From assembly GCA_017504605.1 (NCBI GenBank), contig JAFVQW010000001.1:58845-122844 (forward strand): a stretch of 64,000 nucleotides of DNA, in the 5' to 3' direction. Below are positions 48,194 through 56,580 of the stretch, piece by piece. Origin of the DNA: Clostridia bacterium (GTDB lineage: Bacteria; Bacillota; Clostridia; Oscillospirales; CAG-272). The notes below the pieces were generated by a model. It was not told where the DNA came from. It searched no databases and was given only the letters and a program-made list of their open reading frames with translations. Each line of letters opens with the position of its first letter. Within the stretch, counting starts at the first letter, position 1. The position numbers were made by a program, and so were the translations under genes.

Positions 48194-49255
48194 ATGATAA
48201 TTTATTCCAAGTCCCAGGGACTTAACAACGCCGCCATAGGCAAGCTCGAAACGCCTATCAAAATGGTAATCGAGCACGAGAGCGACCTTCTCACAAAGAG
48301 GGGCGGCGTGTGCGACTGGCTCTTTAACGTCGAGAAGAGCGGCAAGTTCGGCGAGACCATAATCGGTCAGAACGAGTTTGACGTATTCAGAGCGGCAGAG
48401 GAGGGCGCGGGCGCCGAGAACGACACCATAAGCGAGACCTACCGCAAATTCATCGAGCACATTCAGTTTATGAAGGAGTTCACCATCACCGCCGAGATGA
48501 TGGAGGATGCGAACTACGGCGTGGCACAGGATGCCAAGCGCCGTGCCGAGAACTTCACGCGTGCATACTACAAGACTATGCACAAGATATGCGAGTACGC
48601 ACTTGCAAACGGTACACAAACCGACGGCACCTTCGCCAAGGCGACCCTCGACCTCACCGCCCCCGACGGCCTTCCCCTCTTCTCGGATTCTCACAAGTGG
48701 GGCGGCGGCAGCGGCAATACCGGCACGCAGTCCAACTACTTCTACGGCGACATCTTCAAGAGCGGAACGGGCAGTGCGAGAGTTGCCTCGACTGCGGCCT
48801 TTGAGGAGGCGCTCGGCGAGCTCGCCGTCAAGATGAGAAATCAGAAGGACGAGAACGGCGAGGTGCTCGGCTACACGGCTGACACCATCATTCTCCCCGG
48901 CAACAGACCCATAGCCGAGACCATTGTCAAGAAGGTATGCGGCTCCGAGGGCAGCCTTGGCGGCAGTCTCAACGACATCAACCTTCAGTTTGGCAACTGG
49001 AGCATAGTAATTATGCCCACCTGGCAGACCGAGGACGACAGAGTGATGATAATGTCGAGCGAGGCTAATAAGAACCTCTCGGGTAATATGTTCTTCAACC
49101 GCGTGCCTCTGACCGTTACGAGCTGGGTGGACAACCACACCGGCAACTACATTTGGAACGGCAGATGCCGCTTCGGCGTCGGCTTCGGCAACTATAAGCA
49201 CATTATGCTTGCCGTTGACTCCGAGAGCGCGGTTAGCGGCGCTTCCGCGATGTAA
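48194..49255 (+). CDS. major capsid protein (HK97-fold type expected)
   Basis: 353 aa behind an AGGAGAG RBS. Size, position and composition are typical of major capsid proteins, and the locus has a scaffold but no protease. Confidence 0.78.
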   Translation: MIIYSKSQGLNNAAIGKLETPIKMVIEHESDLLTKRGGVCDWLFNVEKSGKFGETIIGQNEFDVFRAAEEGAGAENDTISETYRKFIEHIQFMKEFTITAEMMEDANYGVAQDAKRRAENFTRAYYKTMHKICEYALANGTQTDGTFAKATLDLTAPDGLPLFSDSHKWGGGSGNTGTQSNYFYGDIFKSGTGSARVASTAAFEEALGELAVKMRNQKDENGEVLGYTADTIILPGNRPIAETIVKKVCGSEGSLGGSLNDINLQFGNWSIVIMPTWQTEDDRVMIMSSEANKNLSGNMFFNRVPLTVTSWVDNHTGNYIWNGRCRFGVGFGNYKHIMLAVDSESAVSGASAM

Positions 49256-49282
49256 ACAAACAATTACACGGAGGGCTTTGCA

Positions 49283-50116
49283 TTGACACTTAACGAATTG
49301 CAAAGAGAGGTTATGCACCTCGGCTTTGAAACACAAATTGAGGACACCGAGGCTCTTATCTCGGCAACCTCGCTCGCGCTCGGGCTGCTCTATACCGACA
49401 GGCCCGTAAAGAAGCGGCTCGAGCTCGCGGTGTGCCCCATAACGCCCCTATCCCGTGTCGAGAAAATAAGCCTTTCGGGAGGGGAAGAGGTAACTCTTCC
49501 CCTTTCGGGGCTTGCCTTTGCACTCGAGGTCTCGGGCTCGGGTAGGGTTGTCACCTTCGACGGCAAAATGAAAAAGGAGACCGAGCTTGATACCGAGCAC
49601 TCCCTGCTTCGCGGCAGGCTGTTCACAGAGGGAGAAATTACCCTTTATGCAAAGGGGCAGCTCACGGTATTCAATCTCGTTTGCTACCGCGAGAGCCTCG
49701 ACGAGAAGGACATTCCGCCCTTCTCGGTGACAAGGAGCATCAGCCTTTGCGATGCGGCGGAGGATTTTGCGGCGGCGCTCGCCCTGCCCCGCGATAGCTC
49801 GGGCCGCGAGATACCGGGAGCGGCGATTATCGGTGACACTCTCACTCTTCCCTCTGACTTCTTCGGCACCCTCTCGCTCCCCTATCGCGCACGCCCGCCG
49901 AAAAGAGAGGAGATTGCAAGAGGCGAGGAGCTTGCCGCCGACCCCGAGGCCGAGCATCTTCTGCCGCTCCTTACCGCTTCCTTCCTCTGGCTTGACGACG
50001 ATGATGAAAAGGCACGGTATTATATGTCGCTCTATCGCGATGCCCAAAGCACTATGCGCCGCTACGGCACGCACGCCGCCGCGGCGGAATATAAGACCGT
50101 GGACGGGTGGGCGTGA
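49283..50116 (+). CDS. head-tail adaptor-like protein
   Basis: 277 aa from TTG 49283, 7 nt after a GGAGGG RBS. The N- and C-terminal helical segments resemble head-tail connector proteins around a central insert. Function is inferred mainly from position. Confidence 0.45.
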   Translation: MTLNELQREVMHLGFETQIEDTEALISATSLALGLLYTDRPVKKRLELAVCPITPLSRVEKISLSGGEEVTLPLSGLAFALEVSGSGRVVTFDGKMKKETELDTEHSLLRGRLFTEGEITLYAKGQLTVFNLVCYRESLDEKDIPPFSVTRSISLCDAAEDFAAALALPRDSSGREIPGAAIIGDTLTLPSDFFGTLSLPYRARPPKREEIARGEELAADPEAEHLLPLLTASFLWLDDDDEKARYYMSLYRDAQSTMRRYGTHAAAAEYKTVDGWA

Positions 50117-52791
50117 TGGCAGTAAAGGGTTACGGAAGCAACACCGAATACACCCGCTCCTACCGCGGCTTCTCGGGCGTTATGCTCGGGGGCGGCAGCG
50201 TATCGAGCGGCAGGCTTGCCGAGGCGGTAAATATGTACCGCGACTACGACGGCGAGGGACAGAGCGTAATCGAGAGCGTGCCCGGCTACCGCCGCCTCTT
50301 TTCGGTCGGGGAGAGAATAAACGCTATCTATCTTTTCAAGACCTTCGAGGCGGGGGAGCTTCTCCTTATCCACGCGGGAGGCTCGCTCTACAGGTCTAAA
50401 ATATACTCAAAGGACCTGCCCGAGAAAATAGGCGAGATTTCCGACACGAGGAGCACGGGCTTTCCCTTCGGTGACTTCTTTTATATTCTTGACGGAAGTA
50501 AGATACTAAGGATTTCCCCCGCGGGAGAGGTACACGAGGTAGGCAGTGAGGGAGCCCCCGCCTACGTGCCCACGCTCTATCTGAACGGCTCGCCCTACGA
50601 GACGAGAAATCTCTTGACCGACAGCTTTATCGAGAAATACGAGGGCTACGATGCCGCGTCGTTAGCATACGGCACGCCCGAGCTTACCTACAGAATTACC
50701 GACCGCGACCTGTCTCTGTGCGAGGTCTCGGGAGTGGCCGAGGGCTTCACGGGCGCTATCTATGTGCCGGGCAGCGTAATTATCGGCGGCAGGCGCTATA
50801 CCGTCGCTAAGATAGGAAACTATGCCTTTAGGGACAACCTAAATATCACAGACGTTATTATCGGCGAGGGGGTAGAGGTCATAGGCAGACAGGCCTTCAC
50901 CCGAGCAACCGCTCTAAAGCGTGCAGTTATCGCAGGCAGTGTACACGAAATTCAGTACGGCGCCTTCCACGGCTGCTCGGTAATGAACGAGCTCTTCGTC
51001 GGCGCGGGAATGAAGACTGTCGGAGAGGAGGCTATTACCTCCTGCTACTCGCTCGATAGCGTTTTCTTCGGCGGTGACGAGCGCGCCTTCTCCGAGATTT
51101 CGGGCTCCGAGCATCTGTCGATAAAGGAAATAGCCTACGACACGCACTATACCGCAGTGCGTATAGAGCTCCCGCTTCACGCCGATGCAATATCGGTGGA
51201 GCGGCTCACCGTTGGAGATGCTGATACCGAATTCGAGACGGTATACGATGCCGACCGAGTGAAAAGCATTATTCTCGATATAGACACACCCGAGGAAATA
51301 AACAACAAAGCGCTTGCCGTATACGGCACCGAGCGTCCGCTCTACAGCTCCTTCTCGGCCTCCGCCACGGACAGCGAGGACGGGAAAATACGCGGCACCG
51401 ATGCAATCCTACACTGCCGCACGGCCGAGCTCTTCGACGGGCGTGTATTCCTAACGGGTAACGATGCGCTCTCGAACACCGTCTTCTTCTCGGCAAGAGA
51501 CAAGAGCGGAAGAAGCACTCCGCTATACTTCGGCGCGCTGAACTACTTTAACGACGGCGTGGGAAAATATCCCGTAACGGCCCTGCTCTCCGTGCGCGAC
51601 ACGCTCGCAGTCTTCAAGTCGGGGGACGACGGCTCGGGAAGCATATTCTACCACACCCCCGCCGACACGGGTGACGACCTTATGCCGAGAATATATCCCG
51701 TATCCTCGGTACACTCGGGGCTTTGCGCCCTTGGGGGAGCCTGCAACTTCCTCGACGACCCCGTATTTCTCTCGGTGCTCGGTCTCTCGGCGCTCGAGAG
51801 GCAGCCGATAAGCCTCGAGCGGAGCATCGCGGTACGCTCTCATAATGTAAACCTTGATTTACTTAAAGAGGACTTGAGCTCTGCCTCGCTCGTTGAATGG
51901 CTGGGGTATCTTTGTATAGGCGTCGGGGGCAATATTTATCTTGCCGACTCGCGCAGCACCTTCCTACACGAGACGGGCAGCCGTGAGTACGAATGGTTCG
52001 TTATGAAGGGGGTAGGCACCTATAGCGATGCCGCGCGCGGCTTCCGCTTTGACAGCAGCTCACCCCGCGAGGACGTGCTCGTTCACGAGCTGGCCGAGAG
52101 CGTGTGTCGGGGAACGGTTTTTTCGACGAGCGATGAATTAGGCAGCTACAGCTTCTGTGTGATAGACGGACAGCGCTATGCGGTCTACCCGACAGGCGAG
52201 AGCGTGGGCGGAGATTTTTATCCCGCGAGAACGCTCTTCAGCGACGGACGGCTTCTCCTTTTCGGTAACGACCGCGGAGACGTGTGTATTTTCAATAACG
52301 ACATGCGCGGAGTTGCGCCCGAGAGAATAAGCACCAAGGCCGACTTTGACGAAAAGAGCTATAAGGCGAGAATGGGCAGCAGAATTCACCCCGACTTCTA
52401 TTCCTTCGACGGACACGCTCCGACCTACCTTATCAAAACCGCCTTCGACGACTGCAATATTCCCCACCTCGCAAAGAGTACGGTAAAGCACTCGCTCGTA
52501 ATCAAGTGTAAAAGCTACACGGGTACCCACGTCAGCCTCTCTGTAGGCACCGACAGGCGCGGATTTACCGAGCCTCTTTATCTGCCGGGCGGAGAGCTCG
52601 ATTTCGACCAGCTTGATTTTTCCTCCCTTACCTTCTTCTTCGGAGACTACTTCTCGCTCCCCGTCAATGAAAAGGAAAAGAATTGGGTCGAAAAGCAAAT
52701 CGCGATATCCTCCGACGGCTTCGCCTCGCCGATAGGAATTTACTCGATAACCTACCGCTACACGGTTAAGGGCAAGATTAAGCGGAGCTGA
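50116..52791 (+). CDS. large tail protein (nozzle/tail-hub candidate) with an embedded LRR_5-type repeat block
   Basis: 892 aa from ATG 50116 (TGATG junction). The LRR block at ~50690-51120 reads YTVAKIGNYAFRDNLNITDVIIGEGVEVIGRQAFTRATALKRAVIAGSVHEIQYGAFHGCSVMNELFVGAGMKTVGEEAITSCYSLDSVFFGG. The rest is beta-rich. Confidence 0.6.
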   Translation: MAVKGYGSNTEYTRSYRGFSGVMLGGGSVSSGRLAEAVNMYRDYDGEGQSVIESVPGYRRLFSVGERINAIYLFKTFEAGELLLIHAGGSLYRSKIYSKDLPEKIGEISDTRSTGFPFGDFFYILDGSKILRISPAGEVHEVGSEGAPAYVPTLYLNGSPYETRNLLTDSFIEKYEGYDAASLAYGTPELTYRITDRDLSLCEVSGVAEGFTGAIYVPGSVIIGGRRYTVAKIGNYAFRDNLNITDVIIGEGVEVIGRQAFTRATALKRAVIAGSVHEIQYGAFHGCSVMNELFVGAGMKTVGEEAITSCYSLDSVFFGGDERAFSEISGSEHLSIKEIAYDTHYTAVRIELPLHADAISVERLTVGDADTEFETVYDADRVKSIILDIDTPEEINNKALAVYGTERPLYSSFSASATDSEDGKIRGTDAILHCRTAELFDGRVFLTGNDALSNTVFFSARDKSGRSTPLYFGALNYFNDGVGKYPVTALLSVRDTLAVFKSGDDGSGSIFYHTPADTGDDLMPRIYPVSSVHSGLCALGGACNFLDDPVFLSVLGLSALERQPISLERSIAVRSHNVNLDLLKEDLSSASLVEWLGYLCIGVGGNIYLADSRSTFLHETGSREYEWFVMKGVGTYSDAARGFRFDSSSPREDVLVHELAESVCRGTVFSTSDELGSYSFCVIDGQRYAVYPTGESVGGDFYPARTLFSDGRLLLFGNDRGDVCIFNNDMRGVAPERISTKADFDEKSYKARMGSRIHPDFYSFDGHAPTYLIKTAFDDCNIPHLAKSTVKHSLVIKCKSYTGTHVSLSVGTDRRGFTEPLYLPGGELDFDQLDFSSLTFFFGDYFSLPVNEKEKNWVEKQIAISSDGFASPIGIYSITYRYTVKGKIKRS

Positions 52792-52813
52792 TTAAAAAAG
52801 AAAGGAAAGAAAA

Positions 52814-53281
52814 ATGAATATTCAACCTATTTCGGACAGTGAAATATCGGCACTGAAGGTGTCATCACTGCCCACAAGGCCTACCGCCCCCGCCGCCTTC
52901 GGCGGGCGCGGCTATACCGCGAGCGAGATGAAGGCGGCGTTTGATATGCTCCCGCTTTTCATAATCGAGCGCCTGAACGCGCTCATCGCCTATTTAAAAT
53001 CCGAGCCCGACGACTACTCCGTCGCAAGGGATATTCTGACGGGCCTCTCGGAGGGGCACACGCTCTACGACCTCTTCGGCGAAATCCGCGAGGGCTCGCT
53101 CGGTGACAGGCTCTCGGTGCTCGGCGAGGCACTGCCCTCGGCCCTCACGGATATAAGGCTCGAGCTCGCGGACCTCGACAAAAAAATCGAGTCGGCCTCG
53201 GGAGAAATCGACAATCTTTTGCTCGATGCCGGCGGCCCCGCCGATATGCTCGAGATAGAGGAAGGGGGGAGTGAGGAATGA
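52814..53281 (+). CDS. fibre-associated coiled-coil protein, unknown function
   Basis: 155 aa. N-terminal LPTRPTAPAAFGGRGYTASEMKAAFD, then helical heptad-like sequence and an acidic tail. ATGA overlap with the next gene. Confidence 0.5.
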   Translation: MNIQPISDSEISALKVSSLPTRPTAPAAFGGRGYTASEMKAAFDMLPLFIIERLNALIAYLKSEPDDYSVARDILTGLSEGHTLYDLFGEIREGSLGDRLSVLGEALPSALTDIRLELADLDKKIESASGEIDNLLLDAGGPADMLEIEEGGSEE

Positions 53282-53745
53282 AATGCTTAATGCAGCAGCT
53301 CCGCGGAACGAGTGACGAATGGCAACAGAACGACAGAGTTATTCCCGCGGGTACCATTGCCCTTCTTGACGACGGTGACGGCCGCTTCTCGGTAAAGATA
53401 GGAGACGGCGAGAGAGCCTTCTCGGCCCTGCCCTTCCTCGGCTCGAGGGTTAAGAGCACGAGTGAGGTAAACATTCTGCTCGAGCGAGCAGACGACGTTC
53501 GGTACGGAGTAATGACCGAAATTAACGTATCCTTCCCCGACCCGATAGAGGAGGATTATTACGCTACGCTCTGCTTCGACACGAACGACGAGGGAACTAT
53601 GCTTTCGGTTCCCGAAGAGGTGCGCTGCGCGGGCAGCTCCTGCTACTCGGGCTACTTCTATCCCGACTTCAACTGTCACTATACCCTCGTATTCTGGTAC
53701 GACGGGGCTATTCAGTGCACGGTGAGGGGCGTGTACCATGAATAG
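53278..53745 (+). CDS. tail-fibre protein with a HylP/Mtd-type N-terminal motif
   Basis: 155 aa. LRGTSDEWQQNDRVIPAGTIALLDDGDGRFSVKIGDGERAFSALPFL matches the conserved phage hyaluronidase/tail-fibre N-terminus (R.S..EW....vl..GEig.e.D.g..KiGDG...fs.L.yl). Confidence 0.6.
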   Translation: MKCLMQQLRGTSDEWQQNDRVIPAGTIALLDDGDGRFSVKIGDGERAFSALPFLGSRVKSTSEVNILLERADDVRYGVMTEINVSFPDPIEEDYYATLCFDTNDEGTMLSVPEEVRCAGSSCYSGYFYPDFNCHYTLVFWYDGAIQCTVRGVYHE

Positions 53746-54961
53746 GCGTATTCTCAGTGCGGTTTTAAGCAGTGTCGATAAGGCCCCCACCTCCTCGACG
53801 GGTCTCGGCATCGTTACCTACACCGCCGAGGACGGCGGCTCACTGCGTAGCGTAACGGTTATCGGCAATACGGTGGCGAGCGTTAGTAACCCCGTATACC
53901 CCACCGTTGCCACGTATACGCACGCGGGCGACCCCGTTACCCTCGACGACGGCACGACGGGCTACCGCTTCAACCTGAGAATTCACGGCGCGAACTTCCT
54001 CGATGCCGACGAGTTTCTCAGAATATGCCGCATACTGCGCCCCGATATGATAGCAGATGAGGACGAGGAATTCTTCTACCTCAATTGCCCCGCGGCAACC
54101 GAGCCCATCGACCTTGTGACCAATTCCTACGTTGCGCTCGCAAAGACACAGTACACCTTCCGCGCGGGCGCCATAGCCGAGGGCAGAGTTATCGGCGGTG
54201 TCTTTAACTTCAATCTTCAGATGTCGCACGTGGAGAGCTCGAGAATCTACTCCTACAAGGCCTCGGGTGCCACCGAGGGAGTTAACCATATAGCGGTCGT
54301 GGGCCTGCCCTACGACACCCCGCGAGCACTTCAGTACGTATATTCCAACAAGATTATGCCGATAATCGCCTTTGAGAAGAAGAGCTTCGGCATATTCCAG
54401 GGATACAATCCAACAGTGCTCGAGAGCGTGGAGAAATACCGCGGCATAAGCGCCGAGCTTATTCTCAGCGAGCCCCTGCGCTCGTTTAAGGGGGCCTCGG
54501 AAACGGTTGCCGACGAATACTCGCTCGGCACGGGCAAAATTGTTCGCTACGTACGCGAGATGCAGCTCGACCGCCGCGTATACCTCTACCTTATGACCTA
54601 TAAGGAAACGCGGATTTATTACGCCGTAATAAAGAGCGAGCCCGCCGTGGCAAGCGGCCCCGCCGCCGCGAGCTGCCTCAAGAGCGTGAGGAACCTCGAC
54701 GCGCTCGTCGGAACGACCTACAGCTGCTGTGTGAGCAGCAGCGGCTGGCACTTCTATTTCACGCTCTCCGACGACTACACCACGGCGGACGAGGCTATGG
54801 ATTTCATCACCGCGCATCCGATAACCGCCTTCTATAAGAGAGCAACGCCCGTATATGAGGATGCAAAGAGGGTGGCGCCGGTGTCCTACCGCGGCGAGGT
54901 CAACGTAGAGGCGGCCTCGGTAAACCGCCCCTACGTCAAGGCAGAATATATCCAACCATAA
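53738..54961 (+). CDS. putative distal fibre / receptor-binding protein
   Basis: 407 aa, beta-rich. 8-nt overlap with the fibre N-terminal gene. Function is inferred from position. Confidence 0.5.
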   Translation: MNRRILSAVLSSVDKAPTSSTGLGIVTYTAEDGGSLRSVTVIGNTVASVSNPVYPTVATYTHAGDPVTLDDGTTGYRFNLRIHGANFLDADEFLRICRILRPDMIADEDEEFFYLNCPAATEPIDLVTNSYVALAKTQYTFRAGAIAEGRVIGGVFNFNLQMSHVESSRIYSYKASGATEGVNHIAVVGLPYDTPRALQYVYSNKIMPIIAFEKKSFGIFQGYNPTVLESVEKYRGISAELILSEPLRSFKGASETVADEYSLGTGKIVRYVREMQLDRRVYLYLMTYKETRIYYAVIKSEPAVASGPAAASCLKSVRNLDALVGTTYSCCVSSSGWHFYFTLSDDYTTADEAMDFITAHPITAFYKRATPVYEDAKRVAPVSYRGEVNVEAASVNRPYVKAEYIQP

Positions 54962-54982
54962 AGCAAGGAAAGGAAAAAAGAA

Positions 54983-55210
54983 ATGTACGCAAAATTAAAC
55001 GAAGACGGCACGCTTTCCACAATCTCGGGGCGGCTTATTAAGGTCGCGGGCAGAGCCATAACCAACCCAACGCCCGAGCTCCTTCGGGCATCGGGGTATA
55101 AGCCGCTCGTCCCCGACGAGCCGCCCGAAATTCCCGGCGAGGTGCATAACGCATACTACGAGGAAACCGAAGACGAGATAAGGCTCGTTTTCGAGAAGGA
55201 GGAGCAGTGA
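54983..55210 (+). CDS. small fibre-adjacent protein (possible assembly chaperone)
   Basis: 75 aa. MYAKLNEDGTL...NPTPELLRASGYKPLV resembles small proteins commonly encoded beside Firmicute phage fibres. The assignment is weak. Confidence 0.4.
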   Translation: MYAKLNEDGTLSTISGRLIKVAGRAITNPTPELLRASGYKPLVPDEPPEIPGEVHNAYYEETEDEIRLVFEKEEQ

Positions 55211-55599
55211 CGGTATTAAATTACACGGTATCGGACGGCTACGGAGAGATAAGCTCCTTCGTCGGCGGCGGTGGCCGCGCGGTATTTAAAATAGACGGTG
55301 CGGCGGGCGGCGTGCTCCACGTCGGGCGGCTCTGTGCCCCGATTATCGACGGGCGCTGTGAGATAAATCTCAGCAAGCTCCCCGACGGCGACTACACCCC
55401 GATAATATCCGTAAAATCGAGGGGCATAGAGCTCGAGGGGATACGCAAGTTCGGCAGAGAGCTTCTCCCCCTGCCCACCTCTGAAAAAACGCTAAGACGG
55501 CTGATTAGCCGTGTGGCAAAATTAGAGGACAGGCTCGGCCGTGCCGAGGCGGAAATCGCCGCGCTTTCCGAAAAAATCGCGCGCGGCTTAACGTTCTGA
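55207..55599 (+). CDS. hypothetical protein with a C-terminal coiled coil
   Basis: 130 aa. GTGA overlap with the upstream gene. C-terminus LRRLISRVAKLEDRLGRAEAEIAALSEKI. Confidence 0.45.
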   Translation: MTVLNYTVSDGYGEISSFVGGGGRAVFKIDGAAGGVLHVGRLCAPIIDGRCEINLSKLPDGDYTPIISVKSRGIELEGIRKFGRELLPLPTSEKTLRRLISRVAKLEDRLGRAEAEIAALSEKIARGLTF

Positions 55600-55616
55600 A
55601 AGAAAGGAAACAACAA

Positions 55617-56228
55617 GTGAAAAGAAACAAGAAAACTCTACTGATAAGCATTTTAATCATCGCTCTTCTGTGCCTTTTCTCCGCCTCGGCCTACGCCGCC
55701 GAGGAGGAGAGCCCGGAGAGCGTGACGGGGGCGGCAGAAGCCGAGGAGAGCCCCTTCTCGGTTATCTTCGAGGCCGTCAGCGAATACGCAACGGAAATAT
55801 TCTGTGCCCTCTCCTTTATCGGCTCTCTTATTCTCTCCTTCGCATATAAAAAGGGGCTGTTGCCACTCTTACGCGGAGCCCTGACGAGCCTCGGCGGCAC
55901 GGTTGGCAAGCTAAGCGAGAACGTCGAGAGCGAGAGCGAGAAGAATAAGGAGCTCTGCCTCGCGCTCAGCTCGGGCCTCGAGCGTGCCGAGAGTGTCATC
56001 GAAAGGACGGACGAGGGAATGAAAAAAATCGCCGAGCGCCTCGATGCGCTTAGCGAGGATGCGGGCGAGCGGGAGCGCTTCAACACCGTTATGCGGGAGC
56101 AGGTAGAGCTGCTCTACGACGTCTTTATGTCCTCGTCTCTTCCTCAGTACAAGAAGGACGAAATAGGCGAGCGTGTCGCAAAAATGAGAATGGAGCTTTC
56201 GGAAAATGAAGCGGCAGACAAAGAGTAA
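55617..56228 (+). CDS. secreted or membrane protein with one extra TM helix and a long coiled coil
   Basis: 203 aa from GTG behind AAAGGAAA. Signal peptide (LLCLFSASAYAAEE), a second hydrophobic helix (IFCALSFIGSLILSFAY) and a charged helical C-terminal half. Confidence 0.5.
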   Translation: MKRNKKTLLISILIIALLCLFSASAYAAEEESPESVTGAAEAEESPFSVIFEAVSEYATEIFCALSFIGSLILSFAYKKGLLPLLRGALTSLGGTVGKLSENVESESEKNKELCLALSSGLERAESVIERTDEGMKKIAERLDALSEDAGERERFNTVMREQVELLYDVFMSSSLPQYKKDEIGERVAKMRMELSENEAADKE

Positions 56229-56580
56229 GAGCCTCGCCCTTCGCGCTCTCGGTATGCTTCTTTGCACCCTTCCTCCCGCCCTGGCGACCGTCAGCTTCTT
56301 TCCCCTCTGGATGTCAAGAGGAAGTGAGAGCGTGCTCTCGGGCTTTACCGTGCTCCTGCTTGCAATATGCGCGCTACCTCTTTGGCGCGCCCTGAAAAGG
56401 CTTCTCTCCTCGCCGAGCATACATACCGTGTGGCTTATTTTCTTTCTGTGCTTTCTCCTGCTCTCGAAAATTGCAGACGAGATGACGGTTATAGGCTTCG
56501 TCGGCTTTATATCGAGCTCGCTCGGCGCGATTTGCTTTCATTTCGCGCGGCGCGGGGAAGATAGCGAGGGGGCGGAATGA
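56206..56580 (+). CDS. small polytopic membrane protein (holin-like size, 3-4 TM)
   Basis: 124 aa, basic N-terminus followed by hydrophobic helices. Overlaps the upstream gene by 23 nt. Confidence 0.5.
   Translation: MKRQTKSKSLALRALGMLLCTLPPALATVSFFPLWMSRGSESVLSGFTVLLLAICALPLWRALKRLLSSPSIHTVWLIFFLCFLLLSKIADEMTVIGFVGFISSSLGAICFHFARRGEDSEGAE

Noticed and set aside
53278-54961. A diversity-generating retroelement acting on the Mtd-like fibre.
   Set aside because: No reverse transcriptase ORF, no accessory (Avd-like) gene, and no template/variable repeat pair is visible in or near the cluster. Only the generic N-terminal fibre motif is shared with Mtd.
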